A DNA stretch of 64,000 bases from Longimicrobiales bacterium (GTDB lineage Bacteria; Gemmatimonadota; Gemmatimonadetes; Longimicrobiales; Gaopeijiaceae): positions 128,001 through 192,000 of the forward strand of contig JAWLHJ010000007.1 of assembly GCA_041690395.1 (NCBI GenBank), in the 5' to 3' direction. The notes under the pieces are model-generated. The model was not told where the DNA came from. It worked only from the letters and a program-made list of their open reading frames with translations, and searched no databases. Shown here piece after piece: positions 1-8,110 of the stretch (positions are counted from its first letter, which is position 1; every line of letters starts with the position of its first letter). Made by a program: the position numbers and the translations under genes.

Positions 1-674
1 CGGTCTCCCCGCGAAGGGGTCGCCACGAGGGAAGCGCCCATCGCGAAGAGGGCCGTCGGCACCGCGGCGTCACCCATGAGCTCGACGATCCGGTCGACGC
101 CGGCGGGGAGCACGATGCCGGACAGATTGACCAGGAAGCCGGCCAGGAGCCCGATCACGATCGGGTTCTTGAGCACCGCGCCACCGACTTCGCGGAGCTG
201 CTCTCCCCAGGATACGCCGTCGCCGCGGCCGGCGTGGATCAGGGCGACCGTGAGCGGCATGAACAGGATCGAGTGGAAGCCGATGATGAGGAACATCGGG
301 AGGGACGCTTCCGGACCGAACGCCGTCAGGATGACGGGCACGCCGAGCAGCACGAGGTTGGCGAACGCCCCCGACATGCCGAAGATGGCCTGGTCGGCGA
401 GGTCGCGGCCGAAGACGAAGCGCCCGGCGAGCATGCCGAGCAGATAGGTTGCACCGCTGCCCACGTAGAACGCGATCAGGAATCCCCAGGCGACGTCGTC
501 GGGGAGCTCGATGGCGACGAGCCCGCCGAAGAGCAGGATGGGGATGGCGAAGTTGAAGACGAAGAGCACGAGCCCGCGCACGCTGGGCCCGTCGAGCACG
601 CGGAACCGGGCGGCGGCGAAGCCGAGCGCCATGATTCCGAAGACCGGGGCGACGGTGGAGAGGAGGATGCTCAC
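1..674 (-). CDS. AEC (auxin efflux carrier)-family transporter, truncated at the window start
   Basis: Not in the ORF track. Manual translation from GTG at 674 gives VSILLSTVAPVFGIMALGFAAARFRVLDGPSVRGLVLFVFNFAIPILLF, a hydrophobic AEC-type N-terminus, with a later FANLVLLGVP motif. Confidence 0.8.
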   Translation of the reverse strand, partial: MSILLSTVAPVFGIMALGFAAARFRVLDGPSVRGLVLFVFNFAIPILLFGGLVAIELPDDVAWGFLIAFYVGSGATYLLGMLAGRFVFGRDLADQAIFGMSGAFANLVLLGVPVILTAFGPEASLPMFLIIGFHSILFMPLTVALIHAGRGDGVSWGEQLREVGGAVLKNPIVIGLLAGFLVNLSGIVLPAGVDRIVELMGDAAVPTALFAMGASLVATPSRGD

Positions 675-790
675 GGGCGCGTGGGTTCGCGGGACGGGGC
701 GGGGTGGGGGCTCGCGGAAAACACACGGGTCGCGCGGACGGCGTCAAGCCGGGGCGGCCCGCAGCCACGAAGAGATCTGCGAGGAGAGAG

Positions 791-1357
791 ATGTCGAGGT
801 CGAGCGAAGGAGCCGGCGACGGGGGTGGGGCGGGTACGTCCGGGGACAGCGAGCGGATCTTCGAGGGCGTGAAGTTCGCCGTCGAGCGCCGACAGGTCCC
901 GACGCGGGACGGCGGAACCGCGATGCGTGAGGTCGTGGTCCATCCGGGCGCGGTGGTCGTGCTCCCGATTCTGGACGACGGGCGGATCGTGATGATCCGG
1001 AACCACCGCTTCGCCGTGGACGAGACGCTCTGGGAGCTCTGCGCGGGCACCCTCGAGCCGGGGGAGGAGCCGGCGGTCACGGCCGGCCGCGAGCTCGTGG
1101 AGGAGACCGGCTACTCGGCCGCCAGCATCGAGCCGCTCACGAACTTCTACACCTCGCCGGGCATCTGCGACGAGAAGATGTACGCCTATCTGGCGCGGGG
1201 TCTCACCGAGGTGGGCCAGCAGCTCGAGGCGACCGAGCAGATCGAGGTGGAGCTCCTCACCCACGAGGAGGTCATCCGGCTGGTCGAGGAAGGGCAGGTG
1301 AGGGACGGTAAGACCATCGCCACGCTGCTGTACTACGGGGCGTTCCGGGCTTCGTAG
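791..1357 (+). CDS. NUDIX hydrolase (ADP-ribose pyrophosphatase-like)
   Basis: Nudix box AGTLEPGEEPAVTAGRELVEETG, plus REVVVHPGAVVVL and FYTSPG. ATG at 791 follows GAGGAG. Confidence 0.9.
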   Translation: MSRSSEGAGDGGGAGTSGDSERIFEGVKFAVERRQVPTRDGGTAMREVVVHPGAVVVLPILDDGRIVMIRNHRFAVDETLWELCAGTLEPGEEPAVTAGRELVEETGYSAASIEPLTNFYTSPGICDEKMYAYLARGLTEVGQQLEATEQIEVELLTHEEVIRLVEEGQVRDGKTIATLLYYGAFRAS

Positions 1358-1360
1358 CGG

Positions 1361-2515
1361 CTACCCTCCCGCGGCCACCCTCACGCCGCCGGAATAGGAC
1401 GCCGGGTACGCGAAGAAGTCGGCGACCCGGTCGTCCGGATCCTCCGCCACCCCGCTAGGCGGCTCAGCGCCGTCGAACACACGGACGTGGGCGAGTCCGG
1501 TGGCCGCGCCTGCCACCACGTCGGCTCGGCCGTCGCCGTCGACGTCTCCCGAGGCCACGCTCACGCCGCCCTCATAGGACAACGCGAACGCAAAGAAATT
1601 GGCCAGCAGCCCGTCGTCCTCGATAACGCCCGTGGTCGCCTGCGCCGCCTCGGACTCCACGACCCGGACGTGGGCCGTCCCGGTGGCTGCGCCCACCACC
1701 ACGTCGGCCATCCCGTCGCCGTCCACATCGCCCGCGGCGACGTTGATGCCGCCACTGTAGGTCAGGGCGAACGCGAAGAAGTTGGCCAGGAACCCGCTAT
1801 CCACCACGCCCTCGGCCGCCATGGCCGCACGGCCCTCGATGACCCGCACGTGGGCCGCCCCGGACGCCGCACCGGTCACGACGTCGTCCCGGCCGTCGCC
1901 GTTCACGTCCCCCGACGCCACGACCACGCCACCGGAATAGGTCGCCGGGAACGCGAAGAAGTCAGCCAGGATCGCGTCGCCGCTCACCTCACCGGAGGTC
2001 GGAGCCGATGCCCCGTCCACCACCCTTACGTGCGCGAGACCGGTGGCGGCGCCCACGATGATGTCCGCCCGGCCGTCATCGTCCAGATCGCCGGTCGCGA
2101 CGGTCACGCCGCCGGTATACCCCGTGCTGAAGGCGATGAAATCCGCCAGGATGTCGTCGCCGGACACCTCGTTCGCTACCGTCCGGGTGCCGTCGATCAC
2201 CCGCACGCGTGCGACCCCGCTCGAGGCGCCGATCACCACGTCGTCCACTCCGTCGCCGTTCACGTCCCCGAGCGCCACGCTGACGCCTCCGCCGTACCCC
2301 GACGAGAACCCGAGGTAGGACTGCACCTCCGTCCCGGACTTGTCGAAGAGCGCCAACCGCGTCGAGCCCGACCGAGGTCCCGTCAGAATCGCGGCAACCG
2401 GGTCCGGCTCCTGCGGCGCGAGTCCGAGCGGCACGTCGGCGTCGCCACACCCCGCCGTGACGACCGCGAGGGAGACAGCGAGTAAGGTGGGCGTACGACG
2501 GGTGGTGCATCGCAT
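1361..2515 (-). CDS. FG-GAP/VCBS-repeat beta-propeller lipoprotein
   Basis: Five ~60-aa repeats FFAFxxxYxGGVxVAxGD(V/L)(N/D)GDGxxDVVxGA with Ca-binding DxDxDG loops; lipobox-like VTAGC. Start set at ATG 2515 (MRCTTRR). Confidence 0.85.
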   Translation of the reverse strand: MRCTTRRTPTLLAVSLAVVTAGCGDADVPLGLAPQEPDPVAAILTGPRSGSTRLALFDKSGTEVQSYLGFSSGYGGGVSVALGDVNGDGVDDVVIGASSGVARVRVIDGTRTVANEVSGDDILADFIAFSTGYTGGVTVATGDLDDDGRADIIVGAATGLAHVRVVDGASAPTSGEVSGDAILADFFAFPATYSGGVVVASGDVNGDGRDDVVTGAASGAAHVRVIEGRAAMAAEGVVDSGFLANFFAFALTYSGGINVAAGDVDGDGMADVVVGAATGTAHVRVVESEAAQATTGVIEDDGLLANFFAFALSYEGGVSVASGDVDGDGRADVVAGAATGLAHVRVFDGAEPPSGVAEDPDDRVADFFAYPASYSGGVRVAAGG

Positions 2516-2684
2516 AGAGGGGCTCCGGGCCACGGTCGGGATGAAGGTGGGATGGGCAGACGGGCCCTGGGATGGATCCAACGTGTGAGCGTTCGGTCAG
2601 GCCCCGCAAGCTTCTTGTGTAGCAGCGCGTGACGGACGCTCCCGCTCCACTTGCAGATAGGCGACCACGCCGTAAACTGGTTGG

Positions 2685-3959
2685 ATGCTCCCGCGCATAG
2701 CCTCTCACCTGGGTGCCCTTCTCTGTGCCTCGTTCCTGCTGTCGTGCGGTCCGCCACCGTCGATAGCTGCCGGCGCTGACGACCTGTCGGCGCTTCGGGC
2801 ACGAGTGCAACGTAGCCACGCCGATGTCGAGGCCACGCTTCGACTCGCTTCCGGGCTATGGAGACAGAACGACCGAGCCGCTGCGGCCGATCTCCTGGCA
2901 ACCGCCGTCGAGCGTGTCCCGGGCGAACCCGTTTATGTCGCGGCGCTCGGCGTCGCTCTCGAGGGCTCGGAGCGATACATGGAGGCGCGCGCTCGATACA
3001 TCGATTTCTTGCAGGGAACGCCCAGCTCGGACCTCGCCGGCATCGTGGCCCAACGGGTGGACTACCTGGGCGGTAGGACGGCGGAGGGCCTCGTCGCGGA
3101 GGTCATGCGAAGTGGAAGGCCCCTCGCGCACGGTTTCGACCCACGTATCGTGGTGGCAGTGCTCCCGTTCGAAGCTCCAGCGGGGAGCGGCCTACCTGCA
3201 TTGGGGGCGACGGAGCTACTCGTCGCACAACTGCGAACGGCCGAGGGCCCACTTCGGTTTCTGGACTGGGAATTGGGTGCGGCCGCGCAGGCCGCGATCG
3301 GTGGGGCGAGCGGTTTACCCGCGGAACGTGCCGATTCGTTGATGAGTCTCCTGGGCGCCCAGCACGTGGCCACCGCCACACTCTCGGAGAACGGCGCCGA
3401 CGGGCTCACGGTGCGGTTGAGAGTGCTGCACAGGGTGAGTGGGGATAGCCCGGAGAGCGTTGAGGATTCGATCTCCACGACGCGCGAGGCGTACGCCAGC
3501 GAGACGACGCTCGTGGCGCGGAGGATTTGGGAGATGTTGGCTCGACTCGAGTCCGGGACCGGAGAGGATTGGATCGCCGAGGCACCGGACATCGGCCTGC
3601 CGGCGCTCTCGGCACTCGACGAGGGCCTGCGAGCGAGTGAGCGAGGCGAGTCCCGCGAAGCGTTCGAGCGGTTGGCGGAGGCTCGTCGTCTGGCTCCTCA
3701 CGTGGACGCGGTGGTAGCCCGCGCAGCCCAGGAGGAATCCCTGATGTCCGTGCGCGATGCAGCCTCCCTCCCCATCGGAGACGCGTTGCTCGATTTCGCG
3801 CGGACTCGCGCCGCCATGGCGGCTCTTTGGGGATATGCCGAGGAGACTGGAATCGAACGTCTGGCCGGACCCCGCGGGGGAACGGGTGAGGTGTTCGGTC
3901 TCGACCGCCTGGGTAGCCAGGTCTTCGTGGATCTCGTGTTCCGGTCGGATCAGCCGTGA
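2685..3959 (+). CDS. TPR-containing lipoprotein with a CsgG/TolB-N-like domain
   Basis: Lipobox-like FLLSC, helical TPR-like N-region, a central VVAVLPF strand followed by helix, and a second TPR-like segment. Confidence 0.6.
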   Translation: MLPRIASHLGALLCASFLLSCGPPPSIAAGADDLSALRARVQRSHADVEATLRLASGLWRQNDRAAAADLLATAVERVPGEPVYVAALGVALEGSERYMEARARYIDFLQGTPSSDLAGIVAQRVDYLGGRTAEGLVAEVMRSGRPLAHGFDPRIVVAVLPFEAPAGSGLPALGATELLVAQLRTAEGPLRFLDWELGAAAQAAIGGASGLPAERADSLMSLLGAQHVATATLSENGADGLTVRLRVLHRVSGDSPESVEDSISTTREAYASETTLVARRIWEMLARLESGTGEDWIAEAPDIGLPALSALDEGLRASERGESREAFERLAEARRLAPHVDAVVARAAQEESLMSVRDAASLPIGDALLDFARTRAAMAALWGYAEETGIERLAGPRGGTGEVFGLDRLGSQVFVDLVFRSDQP

Positions 3960-5086
3960 CGCCGCGCGGACTTCTCAGTGTCCTCGTTTTGCTTTCGCTC
4001 ACCGCGACGACCACATCGGGTCAAGAAGCCCTCGTCCACGGCCGAACCCAGACGTTCCGTTTCGCGGAGCCGGGCGGCGTCGGTCTCCGCAACGTCTCCG
4101 TGGCGGGGCTGTTCGCATCCGTCCGCAGCCCCATCACAAGCTGGTTGACGCTCGGAGGTCACGCCCACCGGGGCCGCGCGTCCATGGATGCATCCGGCGC
4201 CAGCGCCTCACGCCTTTCGGGGACCGTGCAGACGGGAGCCTTCGCCCAGCTCTCCCTGGGTGGCGTCGAGCTTCGGACGGCGTACTCCGGTGGCTCCGGG
4301 ACGCCGGGTCTCTCCACCGCCCAGGAAGTCCTCGCCGGCGTCTCGGCGACGGATCTCCTTCCGCTCCCCGTCCGGAGTTGGAGCGCGCCCGATGGCTGGG
4401 ACGTCGACGTCATTCTGCCGATTCGGCGGGTACGGTACGACCTCACCGTCGAGGGAGGCATCCGGCGCACCGGGACGGTCCAGCCGTTCGCAGCCGACCC
4501 GTTGGAGTACGACTTCGGGGACGAACGGCACGCAGGCATCCGGGTGGGGTGGAACTTCACAGCCCTCACCCGCGCGGAACTCGGTGCGGTTTTCAGGGAC
4601 TACGGAACGGACGAAACGGGGGAGGCCGGCGCATTCGAGCCCGGGAGTCGGACCGTCCTGACCTTGGCCCTCGGCTTCCCGGTGCGCCGTGCCGGCGCAC
4701 TCGTCCGTGCATACCTCTACGAACGGTCGGCTGGCAGCCCGCTGGGAGAACCGTCCTGGGATCCGACACTGGTGGGCGCGGTCGACGCACCGGCTCGGAG
4801 ATTGTGGGGTGGCACGGTGGAAGCCCGCGCGCCCCTGGGTCCGGTTCCCATCGTTCTGGGCCTGGAGGGGCGAAGATCCATCATCGAAGATGGCAAAGGG
4901 TCGGGAACCCTGCTGTCTCTCGCCGTCGGCAGCGAGGTAGCCCCCCGCGGACCCTGGCCCGGCTCGCTCCTCGTAGAGCCCCGTGCCTTCGTTCATCGGG
5001 GTCGTGCGAATTCGGGGGACGGCTACTCGTCCGGTATGACCGGGTGGGGCCTCTCGCTCCGGCTGCGGTGGGACGCCCCTCGGTGA
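3956..5086 (+). CDS. Hypothetical outer-membrane beta-barrel protein
   Basis: Signal peptide, many amphipathic strands and a C-terminal WGLSLRLRW strand. GTGA overlap with the upstream stop. Confidence 0.55.
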   Translation: MTPRGLLSVLVLLSLTATTTSGQEALVHGRTQTFRFAEPGGVGLRNVSVAGLFASVRSPITSWLTLGGHAHRGRASMDASGASASRLSGTVQTGAFAQLSLGGVELRTAYSGGSGTPGLSTAQEVLAGVSATDLLPLPVRSWSAPDGWDVDVILPIRRVRYDLTVEGGIRRTGTVQPFAADPLEYDFGDERHAGIRVGWNFTALTRAELGAVFRDYGTDETGEAGAFEPGSRTVLTLALGFPVRRAGALVRAYLYERSAGSPLGEPSWDPTLVGAVDAPARRLWGGTVEARAPLGPVPIVLGLEGRRSIIEDGKGSGTLLSLAVGSEVAPRGPWPGSLLVEPRAFVHRGRANSGDGYSSGMTGWGLSLRLRWDAPR

Positions 5087-6588
5087 TGTTCGGAGCGCGC
5101 CGCTGTCTTGGGTTGAGCCTCGTCCTCCTGGGAGGAGGATGTGAATCCGTGGGGCCGGAAGCCCCGCCCCCCTCGCCGAGCGTCATCGTGTCGGTAGCTC
5201 CGACGTACGCCGAGATCCTGGAGGACGTGCGGGACGTCCGGCTCGTTGTGAAGACCCCCACCGGCATCGAGAGGGACACGGTACTGACGCCCCGCGCAAC
5301 TGCGGCGGGGCCGCGGATCCGTGCCGTGTTGCGCCCGGACGAAGGGGCCGTCGGAACGCGTATCGGGCTCGAGCTTCGGCACGCCAGCCGCGAAGCCATC
5401 TTCGTGGGCGAGACGATCGTATCGCCCGAAACAGGCTGGCCATTTGCAGCCGAGCTTCTCATACACCCCGTGGCCACTCTGGACGTCGGCGAGGAACGGC
5501 TGCTCCCGGTCGGAGAAGCCATCACGCTATCGGCGCAACGCTTTATCGTGTTCCTTCACGGTGCCACAGCGGCCGCCGCCGACATCGTCTGGAAAACGTC
5601 CGATCCGGGAGTCATCCGAGTAAGCGGAGATCGCGCGGAGGCTGTGGCGCCCGGCCGTGCGGAGCTCTGGGCGTCCTGGCGAGAGCAGAGCGACACCATG
5701 GAAGTCAGGGTCTTCCCGACGGGAACGATCGTCGTCTCCGACACCCTCCGCACGTACTTCCTCCGATCCACCGAAATACTCTCGGATACGTTCACCGTCT
5801 CCAACGAGGTCGTGGGCGACGTGGGATCCATCGAGGCGACCGTGGACACCGGGGCATTTCCCTGGCTGTCCGCGACGCTGGATGTGGACTCACCTCCTGC
5901 GGAGCTGAGGGTGGAGATCGAGGGCTCGCTGTTGCCCGAGGGCGCGCCGCCGGGTGAAGTCGTCGTCTCTTCGGTCCACGAGGGCGTCGCACCCGTCGTC
6001 GTTGGTATCGACGCCCGGCGAGATCCGGCGGACGCGGAGGAAGTGACTTGGAGCCCACTCTGTCTCATCGGAGACTCGCTTGCCGTGCCGCAGCCCGGAA
6101 AGGTCGGTTGTGCTGACCTCCGGGCCAGGGCCTGGCCCTCGGGCGACGGCCTCCATGTGGTTCTCGAGGTCCAGAACCTCCTCGGGACGCGGCGAGACAG
6201 CCTCGACACGTGGGAGCAGTTCGACATCGAGGGCTTCGGCGTCACGTTGGCCAGCGCGACAGAAGCCGTTGATCTGTTGGTCGTCAGGCCGAGCGGGTCC
6301 GTGGACGTGAGCGGACTCCCGTCCTTTTCGCAGGTGACCACCTTCGAAGACCAACTCCGTCTCCGGGGCGGGCCCACGAGCGCGATCGTAGGCTGCTCTG
6401 CGCCAGGGCGCGCCAGCAGCACTTTCGGCACCTGTGACGGGTCGGGCTTCACAGGGCATGTGCGAGCGGATTTTCACGTCACCGCTCCGGCCGCGACGCT
6501 CGTGGGAGCCTCCGCGACTCTCCAGATACTCTATCCCGGGGGGAGTCTAGGCTGCGGATCGGGATTGGGTGTCTGTGTGGTGCCGTAG
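5086..6588 (+). CDS. Ig-like (Big_2-type) domain lipoprotein
   Basis: ATG overlaps the previous TGA (TGATG). Lipobox-like LGGGC and IVWKTSDPGVIRVSGDRAEAVAPGRAEL (Big_2 pattern); Cys-rich C-terminal domain. Confidence 0.7.
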   Translation: MFGARRCLGLSLVLLGGGCESVGPEAPPPSPSVIVSVAPTYAEILEDVRDVRLVVKTPTGIERDTVLTPRATAAGPRIRAVLRPDEGAVGTRIGLELRHASREAIFVGETIVSPETGWPFAAELLIHPVATLDVGEERLLPVGEAITLSAQRFIVFLHGATAAAADIVWKTSDPGVIRVSGDRAEAVAPGRAELWASWREQSDTMEVRVFPTGTIVVSDTLRTYFLRSTEILSDTFTVSNEVVGDVGSIEATVDTGAFPWLSATLDVDSPPAELRVEIEGSLLPEGAPPGEVVVSSVHEGVAPVVVGIDARRDPADAEEVTWSPLCLIGDSLAVPQPGKVGCADLRARAWPSGDGLHVVLEVQNLLGTRRDSLDTWEQFDIEGFGVTLASATEAVDLLVVRPSGSVDVSGLPSFSQVTTFEDQLRLRGGPTSAIVGCSAPGRASSTFGTCDGSGFTGHVRADFHVTAPAATLVGASATLQILYPGGSLGCGSGLGVCVVP

Positions 6589-6590
6589 CG

Positions 6591-6626
6591 TTCGGGGGCC
6601 GCCCGATCCTCCGGACGACCCCCGAA
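6591..6626. terminator. Hairpin between convergent genes, possible terminator
   Basis: TTCGGGGG...CCCCCGAA arms with further G-U pairs on the minus strand; no clear U-tract. Confidence 0.45.
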
Positions 6627-6659
6627 TCTCTCTACCGCTGGCCCAGGGCCTCTAGCGCC

Positions 6660-7451
6660 TCACAGCTCCGAGCACTGGCCTTCCTTCTCTTCGGCCAAGT
6701 TGCCGCTGCCCGTCGGTGCAGGCTCGTTCTCTCCGCACTGCAGCGTCTGCTCGATGCGGTTGTCCACGAGGGTCACGCCCCCGGTGTTCTTGAAGGCCTG
6801 GAGGTTGCCGCGCACGTCGGTGCGGAAGGCGGTGAGCGCGCTCCAGTTCTCCTGCAGCTGCAGGTCGCCTTCGACCCAGCTGTCCTCGACGGTTGCAGAC
6901 GCCGCCTTCTGGACCTGGAGATTCCCGCCGATCACCGTGCCGTAGACCTCGAGCGATGCGCCGCCCTCTTCGACCTGGAGGTCGCCGTCGATGACGCTGT
7001 CGTCGATCCAGGCGAGGGCCTGGCGCTTCACCTGGATGTTGCCGCCCACGAACGTCCGCTGGCTTGTCCTGACCTCGTGAGCGTCCTCTGCCTGGATGTT
7101 GCCTTCGATGTGGGCGCCGATGGCGTCGAGCGTCGCGCCGTCCCCGACGATCACGTTCCCGTCGACCCGGGTGCCGTCGAGCACGCAAGTCGCACCGTCG
7201 GGCACCTGGACGTCATCGACGTCGACGGCCCCGATCGTGCCGTCGCACCCGTCGGCCTGGGTCGCCTGGGCGGTCGAGCCGTTCCCGTTCTCGCCGCCGT
7301 CCAGGGCCAGGGCTCCGGAGGCCGCCGGGTCGAGGTCGACGGGCGTGGCGCCGTCGCAGCCGGTGAGCGCGAACAGGGTGAGTGCGGCGACGCCCACGGC
7401 TCCGAGGAGCCTGGATCGGGAGTTCGATACTCGGTTTGGGAGGGAAGACAT
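6660..7451 (-). CDS. Lipoprotein with ~21-aa beta-solenoid repeats
   Basis: Lipobox LTGC; repeated (V/I)xG(N/D)(I/L)Q motif; C-terminal Cys pair. Start set at ATG 7451. Confidence 0.7.
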   Translation of the reverse strand: MSSLPNRVSNSRSRLLGAVGVAALTLFALTGCDGATPVDLDPAASGALALDGGENGNGSTAQATQADGCDGTIGAVDVDDVQVPDGATCVLDGTRVDGNVIVGDGATLDAIGAHIEGNIQAEDAHEVRTSQRTFVGGNIQVKRQALAWIDDSVIDGDLQVEEGGASLEVYGTVIGGNLQVQKAASATVEDSWVEGDLQLQENWSALTAFRTDVRGNLQAFKNTGGVTLVDNRIEQTLQCGENEPAPTGSGNLAEEKEGQCSEL

Positions 7452-7671
7452 GGGGGAGTGACTCCGGATGTCGAAGTGCGTGTGACGAACACGATCCGGG
7501 TATCGCAAGGCGTGGGCCGGTCGTGTGGGTTCTGCGATGGAATCAAATAACCGCAATCATTGAAAGTGGTAAGCGACGACGATATAAAGCTGTTTCGAGG
7601 TCCGTGGATGTCATGGTGCGCCCCGAAACGGTGCCGCCCGCTCTCGGCTTGGTGTGATCCGGTGCGGCCGA

Positions 7672-8046
7672 CTACTCCGTGGGCGGCCGCTCCAGCCACT
7701 CCGTCTCGCCACCCAGATTGATCGCGAGATGGGCGCCACCCGTCTCCACCGGGGCCCCGTGCCAGTGCTCCTCGCCGGGCTCGACCACCACGACATCGCC
7801 TTCCCCGAGGGTGACCCGCGTGCCGTCACGGGTCTCGACGACGCACCGCCCCGACAGCCCGACCAGAACCTGCGGCCCGTCGTGTCGGTGCCAGTTCATC
7901 CGGGCCCCGGGCTCGAACGCGACCCGGTACATGCGCATGGGAGGGTCGTCGTCGCGGCCGAGAAGCGCCTGGGTGGTCGCGGACAGCACGAAGGTGTCGG
8001 GGTCTGCTTGGCGGGTGGGCCGGCTCGATGCGGGGATGTGCTTCAT
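7672..8046 (-). CDS. Cupin domain protein
   Basis: VAFEPGARMNWHRHDGPQVL and GDVVVVEPGEEHWHGA cupin motifs; ATG at 8046. Confidence 0.85.
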   Translation of the reverse strand: MKHIPASSRPTRQADPDTFVLSATTQALLGRDDDPPMRMYRVAFEPGARMNWHRHDGPQVLVGLSGRCVVETRDGTRVTLGEGDVVVVEPGEEHWHGAPVETGGAHLAINLGGETEWLERPPTE

Positions 8047-8110
8047 GCGGACTCCTCGGGCGGCGGCTGGGTGAGTGCCCATACCTTGCCAGGGACCCGG
8101 CTCGCGCGCC

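Noticed and set aside
3757..5085. N-terminal 443 codons of the 943-aa ORF, suggesting an overlapping gene
   Set aside because: Arg/Pro-rich off-frame read-through over the barrel gene; the credible start is ATG 5086 with a lipoprotein signal.
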